From Camelus dromedarius (taxonomy: Eukaryota), in contig NC_087437.1 of assembly GCF_036321535.1 (NCBI RefSeq), forward strand, positions 110,734,001-110,798,000: a DNA stretch of 64,000 bases. The letters are read 5' to 3'. Numbering within the stretch: position 1 is the first letter of the stretch; every line of letters starts with the position of its first letter. Made by a program: the position numbers and the translations under genes. Positions 12,604-25,429 of the stretch are shown here, one piece after another. Below the pieces are notes generated by a model. It saw only the letters and a program-made list of their open reading frames with translations, made no database searches and was not told the DNA's origin.

Positions 12604-13827
12604 ACGTGTTTAAAAAGCAAAGTAAAAGGTCAAACACAGGCTCCTTTAACCTACAGAAACCCAGAGGAATACACAGTAAAATCTGATGATTCTAATACAG
12701 AAAGCTAGAGTGAAAAAAAAAAAAACTGTATCCCTAGATGACTTGTATATGGAAATTTAAAATTCCAAAATAAAATGAGAAACCTGAGATTTTTGAAAAC
12801 TGAAAAAATTTTTTTTGTAAATTTGAAAAACCCTGCTCTCGGGCAGGAACACAGAAGGTCTAGTGCCAGTTTTCTTTGCCCCCTCCCCAGGTGCTCCACC
12901 ATCTGCCCATTCTATTTAGACACCCTTCCCAAGCGAATTTACCCTTGAAATCCCCATTTGACTTGCACTGAAACAAGACCAGAAGGTGCAACACCGAGCC
13001 CTGCTGGCCAGGTCGGAGTGCACCTGCTGTTTTCCAGCTGACCTCGGTGGTGGTCACTGGTCACCCGGGTGGCTGAGACACCTTCCAAGGCAAGTGGGCC
13101 CCGTCTGGATCCCTGATCAGAAACACCATCCTGCAAACTACCAACCCATCCTCAACACAGGCCAGGACTCCTGGAACTTCACTACAGGGAACAGCAGGAC
13201 CAGCAAAGGACCAAGGCAAGCAGGACGACTTGCCTTACCATCCTCATGTTAATTACCATGACTAATTAAGGGAACGGGTCCTCCTTTCGTTAGTAAGACT
13301 CGTTTTAAAGCTTCGAAAAAAATGTTTTCATACCCAGGCTCTCATAACCTAGACCCCGTAGCAAGCAAATCGAGCATCTTTCCCTCATTGTTCAGAAGAG
13401 CAAGTAGAAGTCAGGGTTTGCCCAAGGTCAAGAACTAGTTGGCTGCAAAGGACGAACTGGAACCCACCCATGTTATTCCTTCCACAACACCTCCCTCCAG
13501 AGAGAGGGCTGGCCGGCATTTCAAGAAACAGGAAATTGAAATGGCTCCTGGTAAGGCAGTCAGCCTGCCAACCCCTGAGAGAAGCTGACATATGACCAGA
13601 GCCCGCCCTGAATCAAAAATGCCTCCTCCAACGGGCTGCCGACTAACCTCTTCCCACCTGTGGCGCCGAAGAAATAAGCGCCAAGAGTCCACACCCCACC
13701 ATCCCTATCTGTCCACGGATAGGACCACGTTAGAACGGAAGTTTAGAATAAGCAAGATGCTGCTGAAGGGCTGAGTCGGACAGGCAGCTTCCCAATATGA
13801 AGTTATTAGCTTTATCCCCACTCCTGT

Positions 13828-13859
13828 CACACCACACACACACACACACACACACACAC
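13828..13859 (+). repeat. (CA)n microsatellite about 200 bp inside the intron from the exon donor
   Basis: About 15 CA units with one interruption. Confidence 0.95.
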
Positions 13860-14065
13860 TTTCACCTTAATCCCCACCCCTTAACCACAGAGCTGTAAGA
13901 GGGGCAAAGCAGAAAGGAGATGAATCCTCCAGCATCAGCCGCAGCCCCAACCCAGCACACGGGGTAAAACCCGGCTAAAAGATGGGAAACCTCTAAGAGC
14001 AAAATCATGCACTTAAAAGTCATGCACCGTTTCCAAAATACCGAAACAGATTTCAGTCACTTTAC

Positions 14066-15028
14066 CTGAGTTGTTTTTGCTCTTCTGCCTTGCATGCTGT
14101 TGCTATGGCTAATTTGCGGGTTGGCGGCACCTTCGGAAAGACAGTGAGATTTCCTACAGGGAAGTGTGTTATAATTACTGTACGGAAGAGCCTCTTCAGC
14201 GGCAGCTGGTGGCATCTTATGGTTTGCAAGATCGGGAATGTCAGACACCAAATTCCGACAACAGCCTGTAAATTTGCTCCTCGGCCCCCCGTTCGCCGCC
14301 ACCCCTGAGTTCTTCTGAGCGTACAAGTCCCCCAGCGAATTGGCACGCTGACAGGCACTGAGCTGCCGCGGACTCGCCCGGGCTTCCATCCCCCGAGCCT
14401 CCTCACAGTCTTTCTCCTCGGCGGAACCCAAGATTTCTTCGTTGCTTGTTAAATGTTCTTGGCTCAGATCAGAGAGTGAGAATTCCAGGCTGTCCTCCCG
14501 CCAGATGTCTGCAGATTTGGAGCGTTTCTTCTTAAAGCTCGCGGTCTCCATGAAAGTGGGCCCATTGGGTGTACAGGGATGCTGCCTCCTGCCTCCCGCA
14601 GCCAAGTATGTAGCGTCATCCCCGTAAAGCCTGCTCTCCTCCGAGTCTGGCATGCTCTGCACAGAGGCTGCCGTGAGGACGATGCTGCTGTCTACGCTGG
14701 GAGTGACGGAAGAATCGGTGTAAGACACGGGTCTCAAGCCCATATCCACTCGGTCCACCCAAATGGGGCTCCCGAAGTCCTCTAGGGTGCCTTCCTGGGA
14801 GAAGGGCTCCAGGCCATTTTCGGCCAGGGACTGGGGGATGCTGGGAGTGCTGCTGGACCGGGTGCTCACTTCGGAGTTCCTGTGGATCGCCTTCCCCGAG
14901 GAGGCGTGCCTGGTCCGCCGCGCCTTGTGCGAGAGGCGCAGGGAGCGCGACGTGTGCTTGCGCCCCAGGCTGGCATGCTTTTCTCCATAAAACTCGTGCA
15001 CTACATTTTGACTTTCTGCGTTTCCCAT
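14066..15028 (-). CDS. TIAM1: TIAM1 first coding exon, CDS part (963 nt, M1-Q321); exon spans 14066-15039 including 11 nt of 5' UTR
   Basis: ORF 14057..15028 gives MGNAESQ...RSKSADIW...RANSLGD...RRAKTTQ, the TIAM1 N-terminus with MGxxxS myristoylation motif. Strong Kozak AAAACCATGG. Acceptor ttttttccccctttgcgacag|ACCATAAAACC at 15040/15039, donor CAG|gtaaag at 14066/14065. The terminal VK* in the ORF track is intronic read-through. Confidence 0.98.
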
Positions 15029-16164
15029 GGTTTTATGGTCTGTCGCAAAGGGGGAAAAAAAAAAAGGAGGGGATCACTGAGTCACCAGTGGGTATGCAGT
15101 TAACAGAAAGAGCTGAGCACGCAGGGTGGGCAGACAGCTTGGCAGGTAACCGCGCATCTGACTATGTGCACCTGGAAGGTACTTGGGCTCTTGCGCAGTA
15201 GCAGGTGCGAACTAACATCGTCTACTGAGATTACTCCTGCGGGGATGTGAAATACAAGCATATATAAGATCACGAGAGAATTACATTGTCTCTGCCCGGA
15301 GGGTATCTGCCCACCACGCAAGCCACAGTGTTGCTTTCTTAGAGCTGGCAACCCTTCTCTTTCTTCCAAAACTCTATAGTAGGATATTTAAAGTTCTACT
15401 CCTATCCATAAATGGAAAACTCTAAAAAGTACAAACCTAGGTGTCTGCCAAATGAGTAACTTTCTCTTTGAAATCACATATTTTAAAAAACCGAGCAAAA
15501 CTCATAAGTGCCTTTGATAACCTCCCTCTTCCCAATGGTTTTTGGTTTCATTCTAACTCCATCTACACTTCAAAACCAATCAAAAATGTTAAAGCTGAAG
15601 ATGTAAATCCAATCAACTCTTCTTAATAAACCCAAGGCAAGAAGAAAAGGGGCTTTTACCTTAAATTCCACAGCATTCTGAAAACCTTGATTTGGGGGTC
15701 TGGGGAGGGGGTGTGATGTGGGAGGGAGGGTGGCAAAACAAAATAGAAACTCCACTCTCTGCTGAGCAGCAAACTAATGGATTTATTTAATGGGTTTATT
15801 TCTGGGAGCAAATCCAACCTGAGAACATTAATCTGGTACAGAGTGCCCTGCAAACAGAAATTCACATTATGAAATCACTCAATGTGATTCAGCCTTTTGG
15901 GGCTACCTAGGTTAATTTAAGTCCCTCTTTAACATTTTTTCAGTTGCTCTTACTGGTCTGAGGATGGTGACCCACAGTGGGAAATACAAAAATCCTCAAA
16001 GCTTGACAAGTGTGACTCTATGTAGCCTGACTCTCCTTGCTCTGCAATGAGGTTTCTCTAGACCATTCAAATTGTATACACTTAAGGTACACATGTGAAA
16101 ATGGCCAGAAAGGAACGGAGGAAAACAGTAACTGGGCACATCCCTGAGCTGTTTCTTTCAACTC

Positions 16165-16300
16165 TACATAAGTCATTCGTTCAGAAAATATATACCGAGC
16201 ACGTCCCATGCTCTAGAAGCCAGAGAACAAAAGGGACACAGTCCCCACTCTCATGAAACTGATCTTCCAGCCAGGCAAGTCACACAATAAACAAAAAAGC
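16165..16300 (-). mobile_element. L2 3' fragment
   Basis: tcattcgttcagaaaatatataccgagcac...cagtccccactctcatgaaactgatcttccag is reverse L2 3' end. Confidence 0.5.
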
Positions 16301-18344
16301 CAAAGACACCAGAGGGAAACAAGGAGCAAATTTTACCATGACCATTGCATACAGTTTGAAACACCCTGCAATATAACATACCTTCACATCGATCCACAAT
16401 CACTCTATAATCCCACTGTTCAGTCTCAAACGTTGCTTAAACTCTCACAAGCACATCCTAACTGAAATAAAATTTGTGGCAACAGGAAGGGAAAAACCTC
16501 CACTGAATGTTCCGATGAGTTCAGAGGTAACTCATACAGACACCAGATGTTAAGCTCTTCCCATACTGGAATATTCCCTACCAGGTCACACATCATATGA
16601 TTCTCAGAGCGAAGTTTCCAAGGAAGAGAATCTCCTTTTTACTAGTTGCTAGTGTACTTCAAAGCAGCAAGTTCACATCCCTCTGGCTGGCGACTTTAAG
16701 AAGCAAGAAAAACACAGAGACTCAATTCAGTATAGGGAAAATAGAAAGATCGCCTCTCCATGCATGACCATGTATGTGATCTATATCCCTAAGAATATCA
16801 TGAGCTGCGTATTTGTAAGTAGAAAAAATAAATAAGCATCTCTGTAACACCAAAGGCCATGACCAATTTCTTAGACTTCTTGAATTGTTTAAGTGTACAT
16901 TAAGATGTCTGGATGAGTCTAGGTACCTCTATTTGCCAATAACTAATTAAAAGCTTAGAACAAGTGTTAGCCACAGCTGCCTTTAAAGAATCACACAGAT
17001 TTAAATTTAAGAGGGAAAGGATGATGGTGAAAGAAATTGAAGTGAAAGAAGGCAAAACTGTCACCTCAGATACGCTAGGATGTCCCCTCTTCTCTCGTAT
17101 ATTCCAGAAGTTTGCAAATATGAATTGACAGGCATATTCTCAACAACAAATTTCTAGTTAGGCCTGTTCCTGCCAACAGAAAACTAATCAAGTTAAAAGC
17201 CTCGTGAGAGGTTTCTTAAAGGAAATGGCCCCAACCTTAGAGAATTACAGCATCCATGCATCATTCTGAAGGATCCGTTATATTAATAGCATTTTTAGTA
17301 GCAAGATTCTTTTCAGCCAGCCAAGGTAGGAAAGAAGCCATTTTTATCTTCAGAACTAGAATTTAGAGATGAATGCCAAATCTCTTAAATCCTACCAAGA
17401 GAAATTCTCAGGGGATGATCCAAGCAGAGTCAGCAGGAAGTCTGAAGCAACTCAAGTTAGGAGAAAAATATTTCTAGGGACTGCTGCAACACCCCTTAAT
17501 TTGAAAGCTTTTCCCAAAAGGTCAGCGAGAACCATGAAGGCCCATGTGGGGTCAGTGGGGGGCCCTGAAATAACACGGGTATGAAAAATTAAAATTGTTC
17601 CTTGCATACAATAGACACACTCTCTCCTTTCAGGGACAAACCCTGTCCCACCAGCCACCCCCAGAACACTGGTGAATTGAAAGTCCTAATCCTTTTTACG
17701 TACGAATGTAAAAATGCCAGTTATTTCCATCATCTTAATTTCTCCCTGTTCTCTCCTACCTAATCTTTATCATTTATTTTTATTAAAACAAAATACCAGG
17801 TTTATGTTTTATATTTTCACAAGCCTTTGTTTGTTCCTGTGAGTCTAGAAGCAACTTTGGGGCAGAAAGTGGCTTTCACTATATTTTGTAGCCTCTACAG
17901 AGACTGGAAGTGTCCTACTCATGAAAAGGAATCAATAAATGTTCACATGGTTTAGTAACAAATGCAAAAGGTGAGCAATCAGTCCTTCACCAACATAACC
18001 ATCACACAGTCACTAGGTAAGAGATGAAAGATTAAGGGGGAGGAAGACACGCCAAAATGCAAAAACTGGGCTAGAAATTGAAAAGCAGAGCATGAGAATA
18101 AAGGCGCTCAGCTCAAGCTGGAAGATAGTACCAGTTTTAACCTCATTACATTCTTCATTTCAGACTATGACTTACTTATGTAGAATGTTAGTGGCCCAGA
18201 GAGCTTGCACTTTTTGGGGGGAGTTAGTGGGAGAGGTATTAAGCAGGAGGTAAGTGGGCAAGATTGTGGCATAGGAACAACTCGTCAAATTTAAACCTCA
18301 AGTCTTATACTTTCTATCCAATGATCTCAGTTCTGGCTTCCTGG

Positions 18345-18764
18345 CCTGCCTCAGGGCCTTTGATCATGCTCTGGCCTCTGCCTGCCACCCTCCTGCCTTC
18401 AGGCATCTACCTGGCTCACTCTTTCCAGTTTGTTGAGATCTTAACTCAAATGTCACTTTTCCAGCGAGGCCTTTCCTGGAATGTCTATCCAAAATGACAA
18501 CCCTCCCCTCCCAAACTCATGTCTTATCCCTCTTCTTTGTTTTTCCTCCCCTCTTCCTTAGCATTTATCACAATTGTAACAAACAATATACTTCACTTAT
18601 TCATCTTTTCTATTCTCTATCCTTCCCCAACCAAACCTAAGCTTCAGGAGGGCTGAAAGTTCTGCTTGTCTTGTTTTTTGCTGCATTTTACCCTCAGCAC
18701 CCAGAACATCGCCTGAAAGGGAGTAGGTACTCAGGAGAAAAAGACTGAATGAATGAATGAATGA
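18345..18764 (+). mobile_element. L2 3' end
   Basis: gcctcagggcctttg...ctcaaatgtcactt...aagcttcaggagggc...agtaggtactcag...(gaat)n terminus. Confidence 0.75.
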
Positions 18765-19864
18765 CAAAATAAACTTTAATCTAGACTGCAAAAACTCAAC
18801 CTCATACAACTACAATAAGAAAGCAGGCGAGAACGTTAGCCCACTGTGAACTAGCAAAAATGCACATTGGTCTTAAATATGCCAACTCTTCTACTTCAGA
18901 GTGCCTGGAAAACATACTGGTTTCCAGTCTGCCCACTGGTGCTCCCTGGGCCCTGCAATCTGCAGAGCTGTGCGGGAGCCTCATTCCAGACCACTGGGTT
19001 TGGGATTTCCCTGATGCATGAACTGAGTTGAGGGGTTTGGCTTGCCCTGCTCCACTGTACTCCCCACCCCTAAATACCTGGGCAGAGAAGTAAGGCCCTC
19101 CTCCTGTCTCATTCCGCTTAATTCCTGCCCTCAGTTCCCACTCTCCTCCTCTTTTTGGAGCTATTCCTGCAGAAGCTTAGGAAAGGGGTTCAGAGTTGAG
19201 GAGGTACCCCTCCTTGTCAGGGTAGACACTGCAGAGATGCTGAGCCAAAGACGACCCAGAGAAGATGGGGACAAGGAGACATGGCATGATGGGCAGGGGG
19301 TCATCTGAAAGCAGTAAGGGGTCAGAAAATCAAGAGATCCTCAGGGCCAGAGACCAAGGACACCAGAGAGGGTGTGACTTTCCCATTCTTCCCAACACCA
19401 TGGCCTTTCTCTTTAAGTGATGAGTTAAATTATATATATGATTATAGTAATCACAGTAACCTCCTTTAAATTCCATCAAGTTAAATACACAGTGAAAGAG
19501 TTAAAAGAGATCTTAAGGAAACCTATGGATAAGTACAGTCATTTGGGTGGTTCACACATACATCAGGGAGGCGGTCCTTCCTCAGGGGCTGATTTTACAG
19601 ACTGATTGCCTACTGAGCCTTATGTGATAAAAAGATGTAGAACTATTCACACACATTGGAAAAGGGTCAAACTCCTGGCTTTGGTAGTTTACTGCAATTA
19701 TGTACGATGCAACTATTAAGGGAAACTGGGTGAAGGATCTGCTTTATCGTGTATGATTTCTTGTGAATGTATAATTATTTAGAAATGGAACGTTAAAATA
19801 AGGTCTTAACTAACTGGAATATTCTGGTTAAATGAACTTTTTGTTTAAAAGTGAAGATTCTTCT

Positions 19865-20016
19865 GGGGCAGGAGGGTGTAGCTCAGTGGTAGAGCGCATG
19901 CTTAAGATGTACGAGGTCATGGGTTCAATCCCCAGCACCTCCATTAAACAAAAAATGTTTTTTAATAAAAAAAATTTTTAAATAAAGATAAAATGCAGTT
20001 CTTTCATAAAATAAAT
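19865..20016 (+). mobile_element. tRNA-Ala-derived SINE (camelid Vic-1 type)
   Basis: ggagggtgtagctcagtggtagagcgcatgc...gggttcaatccccagcacctcc with A-rich tail; 17-bp TSD aaaagtgaa(g/a)attcttc at 19847-19863 and 20017-20033. Confidence 0.88.
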
Positions 20017-20212
20017 AAAAGTGAAAATTCTTCCAAATTAAATGGTTTTTTAATCTTCTTTTTCAACAAATTAGGCAACAAAAATTAAGCAGGCATTGGG
20101 CATTACTCAGCATAATATTATCAGGAAATACAAAGCAAACACAAAACAACAGTCGAAAGTGAGATTAAATAGGAAAGTAGGGCTGATTAACCAGCGGTAG
20201 GGCTTCTGTCTT

Positions 20213-20300
20213 CTTTTTTTGTTTGTTATAGTCAGTTTACAAAGTTGTGTCAAATTCTGGTGTACAGCACAATTTTACAGTCATATATGAACATTTATAG
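20213..20300 (-). mobile_element. Very short young L1 3' terminus (88 bp)
   Basis: Reverse of tgtacaccagaa...gtaaactgactata; 13-bp TSD gggcttctgtctt at 20200-20212 and 20301-20313. Confidence 0.8.
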
Positions 20301-20354
20301 GGGCTTCTGTCTTAATAAAATAGTGAACAAAACAGAAATGCTAGTGTCTGGTGC

Positions 20355-21245
20355 CAGCCAAGATGGAGTAAGGCACCATGGCCGATCTTTCCCCCACAAA
20401 TAAATAATAAAAACTCTGGACCAAAGTGAAAAGCAACTGCCTAGGGATTCCTAAGAGTAAGCAAAAGCAGGTGGGTCGGGGGTGGGAGTCAAAGCTGGAA
20501 GAAGCCATTCTAACATGAGTGAGTTCCCCGTTTTTGCTTCTCTTATTCCAATTTATCTTCCAGCCTTGCACAGAGGAAGAGCACACAGGGCAGCTGTGGC
20601 ACAGGCAGGAAAAACTCCCAAGACACACCCTGTCATTCTGGCCAGAGAGACCAAGAAGCATGACCCCCACAAGCCAGAGTGAGGGGGATCTCAGAGAAAA
20701 GAGAACTGGAAGCAACAAATCACCTGATGCTCTATATAAATCTCCACAAGTTCCAGGCACATGCGTAGGACGGACCCAAAGCAAGACAGAGAGAACTGAA
20801 TTATTCTATAAACTACAGCCCATCTCCTGGTCTGACCCTCAGGTGCCACATGTGCGGGACAAACCCACAGCAGGGGAGCAAAGGCTTTGAAAACTGAACT
20901 GACTTGAAAACCACCACCCACAGGATGTCCAACACCACTTGCAATCTGAACCTGCCAGGTTGATCGCTTGCTAAGACTTTAAAAAAGAAAATCCAGCATT
21001 TTCCAGATGATTTCAACAGGATCTAGAGTCTCTCAACATAATATTCAAAATGTCTGCAGTGCATTCCAAAGAACCAGGAAAATCTAACCAGCTCTCAAAG
21101 GAAAAGACGATCAAAGATGCCCACCCCTCAAGGCGACCCAGATGATAATTCATGGGAATTATCAAATGAAGACTTCTAAAGCAGCTATTATATCCGTGCA
21201 CTCTGAGTGATGGTCAACACTCTTGAAATAAATGAAAAATTGAAC
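20355..21245 (+). mobile_element. Old L1M 5' UTR / ORF1-start remnant
   Basis: Begins gccaagatggagta; later caacataatattcaaaatgtc, aagaaccaggaaaat, ggaattatcaaatgaagacttctaaagcagctattata, typical of ancient L1 5' regions. Confidence 0.55.
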
Positions 21246-21462
21246 TGCTTGCAATGTCTATGCAAGGTCATTGTAAACATCAATTATTATACATGAGTGG
21301 AGAAACAGAACATAAATTAAAAAGGTAAAGCCTGTATGATACAAGCTATAACATGTAAGTTGCATTTTTCAACCATGCTGATGGTAGATTTTCTCAGTAC
21401 TACATGAGAAAGCATTCCAGTTAGTGGAAAGACACCCATGGTCAAAGTCTCTGGGCAGAGAG

Positions 21463-21502
21463 AACAAAACAAACAAACAAACAAACAAACAAAAACAAAA
21501 AC
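21463..21502 (+). repeat. (AAAC)n microsatellite
   Basis: Direct read. Confidence 0.85.
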
Positions 21503-23536
21503 CAACAACTCCTATAACTACAGATTGTTCAGAGGGGAACACGGGAGAGAAAGAAAATAAAGGGGAACTGGAAATAACCTCATCACCTTGAGGACTATGG
21601 AGTTTAAAATATTTTTATGGTATAGGATGTCTAATTCCCTAGAGGAGACCAGAATTTCAAGCAGTACTCCAAACAGTCGGCAGAATGCCCCACCCTTCAG
21701 CTGAAGAACAGGAAAGCTTCACATGATCAAAGCCCAGCCTTGTGGGTCAGCCTGCCAGGGCTTGCCCTGTCCAGGAGTAGATAATCAAAAAGATCATTCT
21801 ACAACTCAGCTCAAACACCTCTGGAACAAAACTCTTCTTATTCTCAAAACTTATGTTTGAGATGCCCATTCAAGACACTGGCTTTGAGGAAATTCAAAAT
21901 TTAAGAATATTAATAATAATTCACTTTCTCTCTTTTACACATACACACGAAAAGAGAGAGAATAAAGACCTGTGTAAAAATTTTAAAAGTTACTATTCTA
22001 GATAGAGTGATTATGGGTAATTTTAATTTTCCAAATTATACTTTGTTTTTTCATGTTTTCTAAAGTCACTACACTAAACCTGTAATTCATTTTCAGGAAA
22101 GAAAAAAAAATGTTTTAAGTCCCTAGGTTTCCTGGGTAATTGAAGAGAGTGAGGATGTGGGCACTGTGCTGACAGCTACAACAAAACAGCACCAAACCCA
22201 AACTTAAAACAGATGGCCGGGGAGAAAGACCTAAGATAAAGAAAATATTACCCGGCTTGGATGGAATCACTCTTTCCCTCCGTCCCACTGGCCCGGCGCT
22301 GGCCCTCCTCGCTATGACTGTGGCACAGTTACCTGTACACTGACACACTTGTCTTGCTTTGTGTAGACCCTCTTTTCCCATCTTCTAATAATCAACCAGT
22401 GGCAGGGACCACACTTTACTCGTTAGTAAACTGGCCATCTAAATAAACTGCAGTTTTAGTGCAGCTCTTCTCAGCGGGACTGCCCATCACTCAGACTGCC
22501 TTAGAACGAGGGTATTTCAAAACCATAAAACATTAGAGCCCATTAGTGGGCACAAGAAGACCCAACTCACATCATAGTGAAGTCAAAAGTTAACTATGAA
22601 AGCCAGGTTTCTCTGTTGTTGGGAAGGGCATCGTGAAATCCAAGCATAAGGCATTTCATGACACATATGGATTATAATATCAATAATAAAATTTTTCACC
22701 CCCCTCCGAGGTATTTAAAAACTTATTAAAATAAACATAATGATTACCCTTCTATGACTTGAAAACAGACCTCCAAAACTGCAGGAGAAAGGATGAAATG
22801 TATTTATTTCAAAGTTAAATTTGAAGCAAAAATCACAAGACAACAGATTGCAAATTTAAAATTAGATTCTAGTGGGAGGTCTTGGTTTCAAGCCTGTTTT
22901 TTTCCCTACTGGAGGCTGAGCCTGAAGACAGGGTTGGGGGGTGGGGGGGGGTTGGAGAGCTAAGATTAAACTGAGACAAAGTTCTGAAACTTTTCACTAA
23001 ATCTTTACAAACCCATGAGCAGCATTTTGCCAAGTTGCACACAAATACCCCTAACACAGGAGACTAAACAGGAAAGTTTTGCAACAAATAAAAGATGATC
23101 TTTGATTTAGAAGGATCATTATGTTGACTGTATTTATTTTGCTTTTTAAGGATCATCCAAACCAGAAATAAAATATAGCATCCTTTTAAAGTCAGATTTT
23201 GAAGCTAGGTTTGCCTTTCTCAAACATAATCCCATATAAAGATGGTAAAGCTCAGGAATAAATTTAAAAGATCCTGAGGGCAATTCACAGGGGAGAAAGA
23301 TAAGTACCTGCTTTTTCTTTTTCTTTTCTTTTTGTTTTGTTTTAATGCTAACACTTTTGAATTGTTAGATGGGTGTAACCTTAATCCAAAAAAGTATCTC
23401 CAAATTCTTTTTCCCACAAGCTACCTACAACACAGCAGTTCCAATTATACTAAAATGTATCTGTCTCATCATCTCTGAAGCAATACCATTAATTCAAGGG
23501 GATACATACAGGCTCAGATACACATATGCAACTTAC

Positions 23537-23590
23537 CTTACAAGGCAACAATGGTTCCCAGCCCAACTTGCCCCAAGAGCACTGTGGCAT
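23537..23590 (-). promoter_or_regulatory. 5' part of a spliced 30-codon uORF overlapping the TIAM1 start (continues 15039-15001)
   Basis: ATG at 23590-23588, 18 open codons to the donor, then 12 codons plus TAG (15003-15001) in the next exon, out of frame with TIAM1. Confidence 0.7.
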
Positions 23591-23714
23591 TTAGATACTG
23601 AGATTGGAAAGGGTGTCAGGATGAACAGTGACCCGGGCTGGGAAACGCGTCAGCACCTGCCCCTCGGCATGGCGTTCACAGTCTCATCTGAGTCTATAAA
23701 AATGCACCAGAAAT
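23537..23714 (-). other. TIAM1: TIAM1 non-coding 5'-UTR exon (178 nt) upstream of the first coding exon
   Basis: Acceptor ttttttctccttttctgtcctctccag|ATTTC at 23715/23714 and consensus donor TAAG|gtaagt at 23537/23536. The exon end (ATCTAAATGCCACAGTGCTCTTGGGGCAAGTTGGGCTGGGAACCATTGTTGCCTTGTAAG) resembles my recollection of the human TIAM1 mRNA leader just before ACCATAAAACCATG. Confidence 0.88.
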
Positions 23715-25429
23715 CTGGAGAGGACAGAAAAGGAGAAAAAAATGGTCAGCCAGAACCCAGGAAATAGGATTTCTTCTGTCAAGCCCATTTTCATCAGTTC
23801 TCCAACATCCATTTTGTGTGTAATATCACACCCCAAATCAAACAATGTAGCATTTAGCTATAGGTATAAAATGACAGGCATAATAAAATATATCAATAAA
23901 AACATATTTACATTTATGGCAAGTTATTTTATCATTTTAACCTATCTCTATAGATGAAGTTATTGGAAAACAGAAACCGGTTACTGTGGCATGATGTCAT
24001 GGTTCCGTCTTAATCTTTACCAAGTCTCAACAAACGGAGATGAATGAAAGGAAACAAGGGAGCCTCGGCTATTCTCTTTATCACAGAAGTTGAAGAAAAT
24101 TCTAAAAGACAGTGAAACAAGAGCCCAAATCAAATACACAGACCTTGTCATCACATACACATTTGTAAAATAAGAGGAAACTCTTGCAGAATGAGCCTAG
24201 GAAAGAATGCAGGTAAAACATCCAGACTGTTATTTAACACGGAAAATAAATTGACAAGGACAGCTCCCCGGACAAGAACTATTAATGGTCTCTCTCTCTC
24301 TTTTTTTTTTTTTTTTTTTTACGGCTGCCTTCTAAGGTGAGATCGCAGAAAGGAGAGAGACCTGAGGCTTCCTTGGGGTGGCTGTCCCTCCCTCCTCTCC
24401 TGCTGGTCATCCCTCTGTGCGCTGCCCACGGCTGCCCCCTAGAGCTGGTCGGCTCAGCAGGGTGGGAACCCAGGATGACAAGCACTTTGAGCAGGACCAC
24501 GGAGAAAACTGCCTATGTTGTGGAAGGCGACCACATCAGGGCAGTAAATAAATGAATATATACATCCAGAGGGAACAGCACAATAAGCCAAGTTACACTT
24601 CTCCCTGTCTTGGAAAACGTGCCCTTTAACTGTGAACTTGGTGACTCAGGCTGGCCAGGGGAGGAGCACAAGTTCTCAGCAATACCCCATGACTATCCTC
24701 CAATACGTGTCCTTTCCATTATTCCCCCACTGCTACCCCGATCCCTCTCTTTTCCCAGACATCCTCCTTAAGCTGCTCTCTGCAGATTTTCAAATTTCCA
24801 AAGCGGTCCCTGAATTGCTTAGGAACTGGCAGAAATTAATAAGCAACAGCCCATTTATATTGAAATGGACTCATTACCATGCCAGCTGCCAATAATTTGC
24901 AAGGCCGGATTCTTGCTGGCAATCCGGTCCTGCAGGCGGCTGCCCTCCACCTGCACAACGGAGGCTGATAATGCATTTTTTATACTTAAAAAAACAGTAC
25001 ATCTTCTATCTACCAGAATTAAAAGTTTCCTCTATTATATTCTTCTAATCCCTGAGCAGAGAAACTATATGGGGACGGAGGTGAAAGTTACAGGGCATTA
25101 TTTATAAAACATGCAGGAAAACAAAATCCAGTCTATTTGGTATAATTTTTTTCTGATTTTGGCGGAAAAATTTTTTTTACCTGTGACCCTGCCTATGGAA
25201 CTGACCCATGATGGAGACCCACACTTCTTTTGCAATCAGCAAATACCCTACGGTTGCAACGTGCCGTCAAGTACTCTCCATGCATCAAGCGCTCATAGAG
25301 GGTGGGTTAACTCCACCACGGACTTGTGAGCAGATGTCATGGCAACCCAAGAACCACCAGGACTCCAGGGTTTCTTCAAGAGCTGCAAAGACTTCAGTTT
25401 CAACGGGAGGCAGCTAAGCACCAAACTCG

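Noticed and set aside
14062..15103. Several short ORFs overlapping the first coding exon
   Set aside because: Shadow frames of the TIAM1 CDS.
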